Below are positions 7,520-17,812 of a stretch of DNA of 32,000 nt, in pieces. How positions within the stretch are numbered: position 1 is the stretch's first letter; every line of letters starts with the position of its first letter. The stretch comes from Xylella taiwanensis. GTDB taxonomy: Bacteria; Pseudomonadota; Gammaproteobacteria; Xanthomonadales; Xanthomonadaceae. The DNA lies in NCBI RefSeq assembly GCF_013177435.1, contig NZ_CP053627.1:2070001-2102000 (forward strand). The letters run 5' to 3'. The position numbers and the translations under genes were made by a program. The notes under the pieces were generated by a model. It worked only from the letters and a program-made list of their open reading frames with translations. It was not told where the DNA came from and made no database searches.

Positions 7520-9398
7520 GGCAACGCTCCTTAAGAATGGCTTAGTGTTTAGAGTTCGTGCCAGCATTCCTACCAGCTAATCCAGTATTCCGTACCGCCC
7601 GAAAACAGATTATCGTCAAGCCACGTCCTATGTTGTCAGCGAAAACCACAGAAACATGTAGGTAAAACCCTAACCCAAGCAAAGCAACCTGGAACCGGAA
7701 TGTAGAAATCGCCAGTCACACTCTTCACACCACACAATTACTTGGCAAAGAACGCGAAGAGTCGATCAATCATCGATAACATGACAAGTAAGATCATGAA
7801 AACATCTCACAATTGATAGATGACATGCGCAACCCCAAGAAACATCATTAATGTTCGACACAGACTGCACCTTACATAGCAACCTGAATTAGGAAAAAAC
7901 ATCGATATATCGTAAAGCCCGAGGTAAAAAATACGAAGAATACAGGTCGGAGCTGTTTGCAAGCATGGTTCACATATCATTGATTTTCATGAGAGATCCA
8001 ATCCATTCACAGGCAATTCAATGCCGCTAAGCACAACCGCACAGATACTCGAAAAAGCAATCAAAAACATGCATCCCTAGAAACCTTATGGCAGCTGGTG
8101 CTGCGCTATAACTTCAAAGCGCAAAAACACGGCAACGCTGACAACAGCTACTTAATCTTCAAAACTCTCACTACATCACTCATACCGCATCAACAGAACA
8201 TCACGTACACATGCTCTCTGATACTGATCTCAATATGCGGAGAATTCAGTCACAAAGCACTATCCCGCCTACATCAACTATCTGTCTATGCGGATCGACG
8301 AACTGTCGCTGGTGTTCTTGTTGAATTCTGGTTATTTCCACCACACACAAATGCAATGCACCACCTTGCTGCACATCCTGACCAACAACACACCAACACT
8401 GAAAACACGTGCAATCCAGCAACCACTTCAGACATGGCACTATCCAGCTTCCATCTGCTGCACCAACTACTGTCAGGAACTGAGGAAAAGAGAACGGGTT
8501 ACATCTAAGAACTAAAGGCATTCACATAAGAATCCCTCGGCAATACTTACCTCCGGCAAGCACGGCATAGAGGTAGTTGATACCGCGGTCTTCTACAAGC
8601 ACACGTTGATCAACAGGCTGCACCAATACATTCTCAACCGCACGAGACAACAAGGAACAGGGATACCGCACTACCAGATTCACTCGGCGATGTGTGCCCG
8701 CTAGACAATCATCAAGCTGATGCTACGCATGCCCATAACTACCAATCACAAACGCCGTATCAAGTTGCTGAAGGAAATGCCAACAAAGCATCAAGAAATA
8801 CGATAAAAAGAGCCAGTAAAGGCGGTGACCAGCTGAAACGTGCCAACAATGGCTCCATGCTTGGAACAAGCAATTGACACACAGTCAATCGAACGTTCTC
8901 CAGTAAAGCCAGTCATGTACATGGGCGAAAGCGATTCAATTACTCTTATAAGCATGCTCGGTAAGAAACTCCAAGACGTGCAATCCATGACCACAGACCT
9001 GCTGGGCCCACATTCCAACCATTACAGACTTAAAGAGTTATCACACATCACCATGAGATAAGCATGCCAACCAAATACATGCCGCAAGCAATCAAGGCGT
9101 ATTCCTAAGTTCTTCTCCCTTCAAGACAAGCAGCTCAGCACCAGCATGATTAAAAGAGCAACCCGGCGCGGTATACCCGTTTTAAACTGTTTTAAGCTCC
9201 TTGATCAACACTCGCAATGTACTTGGCATCCACTGGCTCATTTGCTGCAGGACTGATACGCACCCAGCCAGCCAACCGGGTTACTCAACGCTGCCGCACT
9301 CTTGATGCTGGCGTAAGTGTTCAATCACAAGCGTTGAGCAAACCTACAAAGCCTTCTTAATATCTAGTATTGACTCACTACCAGTCGGCCATTCATTC

Positions 9399-10430
9399 AT
9401 GCTGTGTATGATCTCATCCGATTTCCCTGATACGACACGTGCAATACAACGCCTGCAATGGCTCCGTACCACCCTGGCAGACTCAACAGCAACGCTACAG
9501 CGCGCTTCCACCGACGCCGGATTCCGCAGTTACTGGCGCAGCACCAGCAACGGCATGAGCCATATTCTGATGGACGTCCCACCAAGTCTAGAGAATCCAC
9601 ACCAATGGCTACGTATGCATGCACTATTAACCGACGGCGGTGTACGTGTCCCACATGTGCTAGCACAAGATCTTGACGCTGGCTTCTTGCTGCTAGAAGA
9701 CCTTGGCATACCAACACTGGCCCAAAGCCTGAACACCGGCAACGCCGACACCCTGTTCGAAGCCGCTCTGGAACAACTGATCACGTTACAGCGCATTGTC
9801 CCGCCGAGCGACCTTACCCAGTTCAACGAGGCACTGCTACAACGTGATGCCAGCCTGTTCGAAGACTGGTTCCTGTACCACCATCTGAATCTAAGGCTGA
9901 ATTCAACCGACCTAAACGCCCTGAAGCAAATACAGCACCACCTGATGAACAACGCACTAGCACAGCCACGTGTACTTGTGCATCGTGACTTTATGCCACG
10001 CAACCTCATGCCGGTGGCTGATGGACCAGCGGTGCTAGATTTTCAGGACTGTACAGTGGGCCCAGTCGCCTACGATCCAGTGAGCCTATTCAAAGATACC
10101 TCAACAAGTTGGCCACTCACACGTGTGGATGGTTGGCTGACGCACTACCACACGCGCGCCAATGCAGCCAAAATTCCAGTGCCTCCCCTAGCACGCTTCC
10201 TACGCGATGCAGATTGGATGGGGGTACAACGACACTTGAAAAATCTAGGTATCTTCGCCCGACTTCATTACCGTGACGGTAAGTCCTGGTATTTGGACAA
10301 CGTACCGCGTTTTATCAGCTATCTCGACGAAGTACTACCACGTCACCCAACATTGGCACCACTGGCCGAGCTGATTGAGCACCGCATCAAACCAGCATTA
10401 ACAGAACGAACAGCGATGGAGTCAATATGA
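9399..10430 (+). CDS. amgK: Anomeric MurNAc/GlcNAc kinase (aminoglycoside-phosphotransferase fold), AmgK-like
   Basis: APH-type catalytic block VLVHRDFMPRNLM and a DFQD metal-binding motif. It is coupled to murU by an ATGA overlap, as in the Pseudomonas amgK-murU pair. An alternative ATG lies at 9408. Confidence 0.8.
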   Translation: MLCMISSDFPDTTRAIQRLQWLRTTLADSTATLQRASTDAGFRSYWRSTSNGMSHILMDVPPSLENPHQWLRMHALLTDGGVRVPHVLAQDLDAGFLLLEDLGIPTLAQSLNTGNADTLFEAALEQLITLQRIVPPSDLTQFNEALLQRDASLFEDWFLYHHLNLRLNSTDLNALKQIQHHLMNNALAQPRVLVHRDFMPRNLMPVADGPAVLDFQDCTVGPVAYDPVSLFKDTSTSWPLTRVDGWLTHYHTRANAAKIPVPPLARFLRDADWMGVQRHLKNLGIFARLHYRDGKSWYLDNVPRFISYLDEVLPRHPTLAPLAELIEHRIKPALTERTAMESI

Positions 10431-11146
10431 AAGCGCTGATCTTCGCTGCTGGTATAGGTGAGCGTATGCGCCCACTGACAAACCATACCCCCAAGCCGCT
10501 ATTATGTGCTGGTGGTGAGCCATTGATCGTCTGGCACCTGCGCAAACTCGCTGCATTGGGCATCCGTGAAGTGGTGATCAACACAGCGTGGCTAGGCGAG
10601 CAATTCCCAGAGACACTCGGCGACGGTCAACGTTTCGACTTACACTTGGTCTACAGCTACGAAGGGCTCCCACCACTGGAAACCGGCGGCGGCATGTTAC
10701 ACGCATTACCGCTCCTGGGCACTGCACCATTCCTCGCTGTCAATGGCGACATCTGGACCGATGCCGACTTCACACGCCTACCGACGGAACCCGTAGGTGA
10801 TGCACATCTGATGCTAGTCGACAACCCGGAGTACCATCCACAGGGCGACTTCGCATTGCAACCGGATGGAAAGGTGCTCGACCGCGGACCTGGGATTCCT
10901 ACGTTGACTTTTGCCGGTCTTGGCATCTACAGATCACAGCTACTCACCGACTGGCAGACAACAATCGGCAATACGCCCGACACCCAAGCACAACCACCAC
11001 GCTTCAAACTTGCACCACTATTGCGTGCAGCCATACAGCGCAGCCGCATCCACGGCACCCACCACCGTGGTCAGTGGACCGACGTTGGTACACCGCAGCG
11101 TCTGCACACACTGGATACATGGCTACGGTCACAAGCCGCCTCCTAG
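10427..11146 (+). CDS. murU: N-acetylmuramate alpha-1-phosphate uridylyltransferase (MurU-type nucleotidyltransferase)
   Basis: N-terminal nucleotidyltransferase signature MKALIFAAGIGERMRPLTNHTPKPLL. About 239 aa. It lies directly downstream of, and overlaps, amgK. Confidence 0.8.
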   Translation: MKALIFAAGIGERMRPLTNHTPKPLLCAGGEPLIVWHLRKLAALGIREVVINTAWLGEQFPETLGDGQRFDLHLVYSYEGLPPLETGGGMLHALPLLGTAPFLAVNGDIWTDADFTRLPTEPVGDAHLMLVDNPEYHPQGDFALQPDGKVLDRGPGIPTLTFAGLGIYRSQLLTDWQTTIGNTPDTQAQPPRFKLAPLLRAAIQRSRIHGTHHRGQWTDVGTPQRLHTLDTWLRSQAAS

Positions 11147-11245
11147 ACAGATTACAAAATGTTCGTCATTTACTAATCCTGAAATGTACAAATCGCTCTA
11201 ATGGATTGACCTTGGTTGGAGCGACATCTACAAAGCTTTAACGCT

Positions 11246-12028
11246 TTAATCGCAATATGACGACCGCACACTGGCTTTATTGGATTGAGAAGCCGTACTT
11301 CCAACAGGTTGACACTTTAAAACAACTGGCACCCCACCATCTGCGAGCACATGACGCAAGAACGGCATGGTGACGCGCCGCTTGGCAGCCAGCGATTCAC
11401 GATCGAGTCTGTCGAGCAACATAAGCAACCTGCCTAAATCACGATCACCATGACTCAGCAGCCACTCAATCGCAGCCTCATCCAGCACGAGACCACGACG
11501 TTGAGCACGCTCACGCAACACTGCTGCACGGCCGACATCATCGAGCGTGGGCAACGCAATGCGGATGCATTGCGCCACCCGTGAACGTAAATCCGGCAAC
11601 GTCAACCCAAGACCATCAGGCATGGCACGTGCCGTATACAGCAACGTGATACCGGCCGCCCGCGCACGATTGTGAAAGTCGAATAACGCAATCTCGTCCT
11701 CACGCATGCCAGCGATCGCCTCCAAACCATCCAGGACAACCAGCACACAGCCCTGCAGCGCTTCCAATGCATCGCGCAGATGCCCTGCAGCAACCTGTAG
11801 CGGCAAGTAGGCCACTGACTGTCCAACCTGTTCGGCAGCCGCACACAACGCCAATGCCAAATGAGTCTTACCACTGCCAGAGACACCCACAAGATAGACC
11901 CAATCCCGCAACCGCTCATCGACCACAGCCCTTAGTTGCGCAATCAGCCCGGAGGGGGCTTGCAGATAAGTATCCAAACGCTGATCAGAAGAATAGCGCA
12001 AGGCCAGTGGCAGCTGCGAAACACTCAC
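11246..12028 (-). CDS. hda: DnaA regulatory inactivator Hda
   Basis: QLPLAL N-terminus, Walker A GVSGSGKTHL, LPDLRSR, and C-terminal RRVTMPFLRHVL, matching the layout of E. coli Hda. The GTG start overlaps the upstream transporter stop (GTGA). It has about 35 extra C-terminal residues relative to E. coli Hda. Confidence 0.85.
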   Translation of the reverse strand: MSVSQLPLALRYSSDQRLDTYLQAPSGLIAQLRAVVDERLRDWVYLVGVSGSGKTHLALALCAAAEQVGQSVAYLPLQVAAGHLRDALEALQGCVLVVLDGLEAIAGMREDEIALFDFHNRARAAGITLLYTARAMPDGLGLTLPDLRSRVAQCIRIALPTLDDVGRAAVLRERAQRRGLVLDEAAIEWLLSHGDRDLGRLLMLLDRLDRESLAAKRRVTMPFLRHVLADGGVPVVLKCQPVGSTASQSNKASVRSSYCD

Positions 12029-13182
12029 ACCGAACCCTTCCCACCATCACGGTTTTCATCGCGTTTATGCTGATCCAACACGCCCCCCAAACACTCACCT
12101 CTATAAAACTCACCTTGGATATAACGCTCGTGCGCGTAACGTAACAACACATTAACCACAGCAGAGACAGGCAACGCCAGCAACATACCAACGAAACCGA
12201 ACAACTGCCCGCCAGCCATCACCGAGAAAATGACCGCCACTGGATGCAAACCGATTTTGTCACCAACGATGCGCGGAGTCAGCACGTAGCTCTCCAGAAG
12301 TTGGCCAACCACGAATACTCCACCGACCAAAACCAACAACTTCAAATCCAACCCATGCACCTGCACGATGACAGCAATGAGTGCCAGTACCACACCAGTG
12401 ATCGCACCTAAATACGGGATAAAACTGATCAGGCCAGCAATCAGGCCAATCAGCAAACCAAGCTTGAGTCCGACCAGCGACAAGCCAACAGCATAGATCA
12501 CACCTAAGGCCAGCATGACCAGGAACTGACCACGGATGAAAGCACCAAGCACCTCATTTACCTCGGTCACCAACCGACTGACGGTACCGGTATAGGGGCG
12601 CGGAATGGCGGTTGCAACACGCTCAACCCACTTGTCCCAGTCACGCAAAAAATAGAAGCTCAAGATCGGCAACAATACCAAGTTGATGACCCACGTCACC
12701 ATGACGAAACCGGAACGCGACACATAACCGAAAAGCCCCCGGGCCACGCCCCCAGCCTGCTCCCAATTACTGTGCATCCATTGGATCAGTTGCTCCGGAT
12801 CTAACCAATTTCTCAGCTGCGACCCGGTTTTTTGCTCGATCCAGGGAATCGCGATACGAATCACCCAATCATGCATCTGTGGCAGCGTATTGATCAGAGT
12901 CATCACTTGGCGCTCGATCAAAGGCACAAAAATCATCAGTATCAGCACCAGCACCAGCAGTATCAGCAAAAATACCGAGGTAACAGCCATACCACGCGAA
13001 ACACCAGCCCGCTCAATCCTGTCCACCAGCGGATCCCCCAACCATCCCAGGAAAACCGACAGAGCGAATGGGATAAGCACTGGAGTGAGCAACCAAGCCA
13101 TCCAAAGGATACCCGCCGCTAACACATACCACTTCAATCGACGTAGGAACCTGGCGATTTCGGCTTCGGGCGAAAGCGTCAT
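12025..13182 (-). CDS. AI-2E family transporter (PerM/YdiK-like permease)
   Basis: 385 aa polytopic membrane protein with the usual AI-2E layout. It sits in the conserved DUF2066-permease-hda arrangement. The ATG overlaps the DUF2066 stop (ATGA). Confidence 0.8.
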   Translation of the reverse strand: MTLSPEAEIARFLRRLKWYVLAAGILWMAWLLTPVLIPFALSVFLGWLGDPLVDRIERAGVSRGMAVTSVFLLILLVLVLILMIFVPLIERQVMTLINTLPQMHDWVIRIAIPWIEQKTGSQLRNWLDPEQLIQWMHSNWEQAGGVARGLFGYVSRSGFVMVTWVINLVLLPILSFYFLRDWDKWVERVATAIPRPYTGTVSRLVTEVNEVLGAFIRGQFLVMLALGVIYAVGLSLVGLKLGLLIGLIAGLISFIPYLGAITGVVLALIAVIVQVHGLDLKLLVLVGGVFVVGQLLESYVLTPRIVGDKIGLHPVAVIFSVMAGGQLFGFVGMLLALPVSAVVNVLLRYAHERYIQGEFYRGECLGGVLDQHKRDENRDGGKGSV

Positions 13183-14291
13183 TTCAGAAGATACTCCACA
13201 GGCTCGCCTTCCATCTGTCGCGGCTCCAGCAGCGGCGCAGCAACCGGTTGCAACGGATTATCGCCGCCAAGCATCCGATTTAGGCCGGTGATACCTGTCA
13301 TCAAATCCAGATACACCTCTAGACGTTCAGCACTTGCCTTCACCGGGAGGATGCTTCGTACCACAGGAACTCTCTGCAATGCAGCAGACACGCGCAAGTA
13401 ATCGTCGGCACTATGGATGCCGTTAATTCCGACCCGGTAGACTCCGGGTGTACCCGTCAGCGGCACCTTGGCATAGTGCTTGACCAAAGCGTCAGCAGCA
13501 CCGTCAGCGCCATCCGCCATCACACGCAGAGCATCCCCATTGCTGCTGGACCAACTCGCCACTCGCTCACCACCATCCACAAAAATCCAGTCTGCAGCCC
13601 AACCACTCCCTGAACGGTACAATTTGCCAACCAACTGCATCGGAGGTGCATAGCGAACTGAAGCAGCCACTACCGCATTGACATCGCGCCGCCAAATGGC
13701 AGCAACCAACGCTTGCTCTTCCGTCAGGCCAGCTGGCAAACCTAAGCTATAGCCACGCTCAATTGCACGATTGAGCACACTGCGCACCGCATTGGACTGC
13801 TGTACCCCAACTAAACGCGGACCACTGCCGTCATCAATCGCCAGCCACAGCACTGGCTTGGGCCTAGGTTGCGGCCATATTGACAATCCCAGTGCGCCCG
13901 CCAAGGCATCGACTTCATCCGGACGAAAGCGCACCATCAGCATGGTACGTGAAATCGGCGCTCCACCGGGCGAAGTTGCCTGAGCTTGACGATAGTCATA
14001 GCTGTCGACCAAAGCAGCCGCATCGCGCAATGCTTGGGACACCTCGGGGCGTAACTTCTCGTTGCGATTACCGGTGAGTTTGCCAAGAACAATCGACAGC
14101 GCCCGCGCTATGCCAGCTTTCCGGTCAACATCACTCTGACTATTCACCAGCACCTGGGTCTCGTAAATACCTTGATCCTTGGCCACATCGCCCTCGGTAT
14201 GCAGAGTACGTTGGGCCAAAGCCGGAACGACTGGCACCGCGGTACACAAAGCAATCAACAGGAAAAGACTGTGGCGCATCGATAGTTCCAT
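13179..14291 (-). CDS. Secreted DUF2066-family protein
   Basis: Signal peptide (MRHSLFLLIALCTAVPVVPALA), then IYETQVLVNSQSDVDRKAGIARALSIVLGKLTG, typical of DUF2066. It is divergent from purM, as in many gammaproteobacteria. The start is either 14291 or 14279. Confidence 0.7.
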   Translation of the reverse strand: MELSMRHSLFLLIALCTAVPVVPALAQRTLHTEGDVAKDQGIYETQVLVNSQSDVDRKAGIARALSIVLGKLTGNRNEKLRPEVSQALRDAAALVDSYDYRQAQATSPGGAPISRTMLMVRFRPDEVDALAGALGLSIWPQPRPKPVLWLAIDDGSGPRLVGVQQSNAVRSVLNRAIERGYSLGLPAGLTEEQALVAAIWRRDVNAVVAASVRYAPPMQLVGKLYRSGSGWAADWIFVDGGERVASWSSSNGDALRVMADGADGAADALVKHYAKVPLTGTPGVYRVGINGIHSADDYLRVSAALQRVPVVRSILPVKASAERLEVYLDLMTGITGLNRMLGGDNPLQPVAAPLLEPRQMEGEPVEYLLK

Positions 14292-14360
14292 GGCATGGGA
14301 TATCTGAAGTGGGGATTGTTGCCCGAATAAGGCATTGCAGCCAAATCCAGCCTGTTAACA

Positions 14361-15449
14361 TTGCAAGGATTCCCTATCAAGCTCCCGCTTCCCGTGACAA
14401 CTCCAATTTCCCCAAGCCCCACACCACTGACCTATCGCGATGCTGGGGTCGACATCGACGCTGGTCATGCACTCGTCGAACGGATCAAGCCGTTGGTTAA
14501 ACGCAGCTTCCGACCCGAGGTCATGAGTGGACTGGGTGGTTTCGGTGCATTGTTCAACCTGGCCGGCAAATATAAGGAGCCTGTGTTGGTCTCCGGCACG
14601 GACGGTGTCGGCACCAAACTGAAATTGGCACAGCAATTGAACCGACACAATACTATCGGAATTGATTTGGTGGCGATGTGTGTTAACGACGTACTGGTAC
14701 AGGGCGCTGAGCCGTTGTTCTTCCTGGACTACTTTGCGACCAGCAAGCTGGATATAGACACCGCTACAGCAGTGATCGGCGGTATCGCACTTGGCTGCGA
14801 GCAATCCGGCTGCGCACTGATCGGCGGCGAAACCGCCGAAATGCCAGATATGTATCTACCCGGTGAATACGATCTGGCGGGTTTCTGTGTCGCTGCTGTC
14901 GAGAAGTCGCAACTGCTGGATGGCAGCCAAGTACGCGAAGGGGATGTACTCATTGGTATCGCTTCCTCAGGGCCGCACTCAAATGGCTACTCATTAATAC
15001 GTCGCATCTATGAGCGCGCCGGATCACCTGATGATCTGGATATCGGAGGAACTCGCCTGATCGACGCATTAATGGCGCCCACCACGCTGTACGTCAAACC
15101 GGTACTGGCACTCCTGCAAACACGAAGTGAGGCGATCCACGCAATGGCCCACATCACCGGAGGTGGACTGACCGAGAACATCATCCGCGTCATCCCTCCC
15201 AGCCTGGGCTTGGACCTCGACACCAGCGCTTGGCCACAGCCGCCAGTGTTCCAGTGGCTGCAGCACGAAGGCACCGTAACCGATACGGAGATGTGGCGCA
15301 CTTTCAACTGCGGTATCGGCTTCGTACTAGTAACCGCAGCCAACCAGGTCTCCTCCCTGCGACAGGCACTGGACCACCAAGGCTTGGCACATTGGCGAAT
15401 AGGCCAGGTAATCACTCATGCCGGCAATGAGCGTGTACGCATCAGCTGA
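14361..15449 (+). CDS. purM: Phosphoribosylformylglycinamidine cyclo-ligase (AIR synthetase)
   Basis: [28 protein letters not shown]..., [37 protein letters not shown]. There is no ATG, so the start is TTG 14361 or GTG 14394. Confidence 0.95.
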   Translation: MQGFPIKLPLPVTTPISPSPTPLTYRDAGVDIDAGHALVERIKPLVKRSFRPEVMSGLGGFGALFNLAGKYKEPVLVSGTDGVGTKLKLAQQLNRHNTIGIDLVAMCVNDVLVQGAEPLFFLDYFATSKLDIDTATAVIGGIALGCEQSGCALIGGETAEMPDMYLPGEYDLAGFCVAAVEKSQLLDGSQVREGDVLIGIASSGPHSNGYSLIRRIYERAGSPDDLDIGGTRLIDALMAPTTLYVKPVLALLQTRSEAIHAMAHITGGGLTENIIRVIPPSLGLDLDTSAWPQPPVFQWLQHEGTVTDTEMWRTFNCGIGFVLVTAANQVSSLRQALDHQGLAHWRIGQVITHAGNERVRIS

Positions 15450-15537
15450 AGCGACAGCAACATATATATCCACCACATCAGCTGCCACTGTGCTTGGCTA
15501 TTTTTTCCCCTTCATCCTTACTTAGGAAATCTACTGC

Positions 15538-16206
15538 TTGAGACCATCCTCCCCTCCGTTACGCCTCGCCGTCCTGGGTTCAGGACGTGGCAGTAATCTG
15601 CAGGCCATACTTGATGCCATCGCTACCGGCCGGCTGCATGCCGAGGTGGTTGGAGTATTTTCCAATCGTCCCGACGCACCGGCACTCACCAAAGTGTCAC
15701 CCTCACAACGCTGGAGTGCTGATCCACGCGACTACCCTGATCGCACTACCTTCGACGCGACGCTAAGCGCGGCGATCGCCACCGCAACACCGGACTGGGT
15801 GGTGTGCGCCGGCTACATGCGCATCCTCAGCGCAACATTTATAGAACGCTTCCCCAACCGAATCCTTAACATCCATCCCTCACTGTTACCCAAATACCGA
15901 GGCTTACACACTCATGCACGCGCACTGGCAGCAGGCGAGGCTGAACACGGTGCCAGCGTCCATCTTGTTGTACCAGAACTAGACGCTGGAACAGTACTGG
16001 CCCAGGCGGTAGTGCCCATCCTTACCAACGACACAGCGGAAACGCTAGCCGAGCGCGTACTGGTACACGAGCACCTACTGCTCGTCGCCACCTTAGAGCT
16101 GCTTGCAAACAGTCGCTTGACGATCACCGGACCAACACCACAATTGGACACTCAGTACCTGTTTACGCCACTGCGCCTAGATTCACAGGGATATCTCACC
16201 CATTGA
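15538..16206 (+). CDS. purN: Phosphoribosylglycinamide formyltransferase
   Basis: LRLAVLGSGRGSNLQAILDAI, GYMRIL, NIHPSLLPKYRGLHTH, GASVHLVVPELDAG. TTG start at 15538 with AGGA upstream. Confidence 0.93.
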   Translation: MRPSSPPLRLAVLGSGRGSNLQAILDAIATGRLHAEVVGVFSNRPDAPALTKVSPSQRWSADPRDYPDRTTFDATLSAAIATATPDWVVCAGYMRILSATFIERFPNRILNIHPSLLPKYRGLHTHARALAAGEAEHGASVHLVVPELDAGTVLAQAVVPILTNDTAETLAERVLVHEHLLLVATLELLANSRLTITGPTPQLDTQYLFTPLRLDSQGYLTH

Positions 16207-16270
16207 ACATGGACACATCATCAGGACCCTCACTGGAGCACCCTTTTCTTACCACCGGACTGTGCCACGT

Positions 16271-17125
16271 ATGAATCGCCTCCTGTCGTCAGTGCCCCTG
16301 TCCCTGGCCACACTACTAATCGCCGTCACACCGGTCATAACGCAATCGGCACCGAATAGATCAGTACCACTGGTCAAAGACATGCCGACACCAACCGCTA
16401 CGCTGCCCCAAGAATCCACATCCCCCACCACCTCACCCACGCCGGTAACATTGCCTGCCGCTGAATGGAACGCACCGCCACTGCTGCCATTCGTAGCGAC
16501 CTATCGGGCCTTCTACCATGGTGAGGAAGCCGGCGACGCAACCATGCAGGTCAGCCACAGCAACAACAACCAGTGGCAGGTGAAGCTGATAATACGTGGG
16601 CGACGCGGCTTCGCCAGCGTGCTTGGTTTGAACATCGAGCAGAGCACAATGTTCGAGATTCACAATAGTGTCTACGTGCCCCTCACCCAAAGCACGGTGA
16701 AAAAGGCATTGTTATTCGGCAAAAAAGTTAACGGGATCTACGACTGGAATGCCGGCACAGCTCAGTGGACTGGCGACTTGAAGAAAGAACAGCACCAACC
16801 GATCCAACTTCTACCTGGCGACCAAAGCATACTGCTACTGAACCTATCGTTGATACGCGACGCCATGCCCAACCGCACGCTTAGCTACCGCTGTATCGAC
16901 ATCGGCAAAATACGACACTATGACTACCGTACCGCCAACACCACTGAACCATTGCAAGTCGGTGACCTAAGTTACGATGCACTGCGCATCCATCAGATTA
17001 ACAGTGGCAAGAACCAGACCATCCTGTGGATCGCCAACGGCGTACCGACCCCAATACGCATCCTGCAACGCAAAAATGGCGAGGACGAGATTGACTTGCG
17101 CCTCATCGATTACCAAGGAGCTTGA
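16271..17125 (+). CDS. Secreted DUF3108-family protein, paralogue A
   Basis: Signal peptide MNRLLSSVPLSLATLLIAVTPVITQSA and a P/T-rich linker. The C-terminal blocks YDWNAGTAQWTGDLK...LLLNLSLIRDA...LSYRCIDIGKIRHY...ILQRKNG are shared with the next gene. It follows purN, as DUF3108 genes often do. Confidence 0.7.
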   Translation: MNRLLSSVPLSLATLLIAVTPVITQSAPNRSVPLVKDMPTPTATLPQESTSPTTSPTPVTLPAAEWNAPPLLPFVATYRAFYHGEEAGDATMQVSHSNNNQWQVKLIIRGRRGFASVLGLNIEQSTMFEIHNSVYVPLTQSTVKKALLFGKKVNGIYDWNAGTAQWTGDLKKEQHQPIQLLPGDQSILLLNLSLIRDAMPNRTLSYRCIDIGKIRHYDYRTANTTEPLQVGDLSYDALRIHQINSGKNQTILWIANGVPTPIRILQRKNGEDEIDLRLIDYQGA

Positions 17126-17128
17126 ACC

Positions 17129-17812
17129 ATGACAATGTCCCGGATCCTATGCACCCTCGCCACTGTCAGTCTGGCCCTGACCAGCTTGCCAGGACTGGCA
17201 ATGCAACCATTCAACCTCGAATACCAAGCCAAGTACATGGGCATGCAGGCCAACAGCACAATGATCCTGACGATGATCGGCACTAACCAGTGGCGCTATA
17301 CCCTGCACATCCAGAATCAACTGGTCGACTTGACCCAGAGCACCGTATTCGATGAAAACAATAGCCAATTGCGCCCACTCAGCAATGATGATGTTTCGAC
17401 GCTAGTCGTCAAAAAGCGCAAGATACAAGCACAGTACGACTGGGATAACCTCCAAGCAACGTGGAGCGGCGATATCAAACCGGACCGACGCGGCCCAGTG
17501 ATGCTCAAGGAAGGCGATATGGACGGACTCCTGATCAACCTAGCAATCGTGCGCGATGTACAGGCCGGTAAACAACTGTTGAGCTACCGCATGGTTGATG
17601 CGGGAAAAATCAAGCCAATGACCTACACTGTAGTCGGCAAAGAAAACATGACCGTTAACGGTCAGACGCAGCAAGCAACCAAGGTCTCCCGCACTGACGG
17701 CAATAATGAAATCAGCGCCTGGATTGTCCCCGGTCTCCCGATACCAGCACGCTTACTGCAAAAAGAGAACGGCCAGAACGCATTAGAACTAATCATCAAA
17801 TCACTGGATTGA
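17129..17812 (+). CDS. Secreted DUF3108-family protein, paralogue B
   Basis: Signal peptide MTMSRILCTLATVSLALTSLPGLA. AAGGAG lies 8 nt upstream. The blocks YDWDNLQATWSGDIK...LLINLAIVRDV...LSYRMVDAGKIKPM...LLQKENG align with paralogue A. Confidence 0.7.
   Translation: MTMSRILCTLATVSLALTSLPGLAMQPFNLEYQAKYMGMQANSTMILTMIGTNQWRYTLHIQNQLVDLTQSTVFDENNSQLRPLSNDDVSTLVVKKRKIQAQYDWDNLQATWSGDIKPDRRGPVMLKEGDMDGLLINLAIVRDVQAGKQLLSYRMVDAGKIKPMTYTVVGKENMTVNGQTQQATKVSRTDGNNEISAWIVPGLPIPARLLQKENGQNALELIIKSLD

Noticed and set aside
15484-15506. A gccactg (B12-box-like) string followed by a T6 run between purM and purN, considered as a possible riboswitch or attenuator.
   Set aside because: The spacer is only 88 nt. 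No other cobalamin-riboswitch elements are present. The best stem before the T run has only 3-4 bp.
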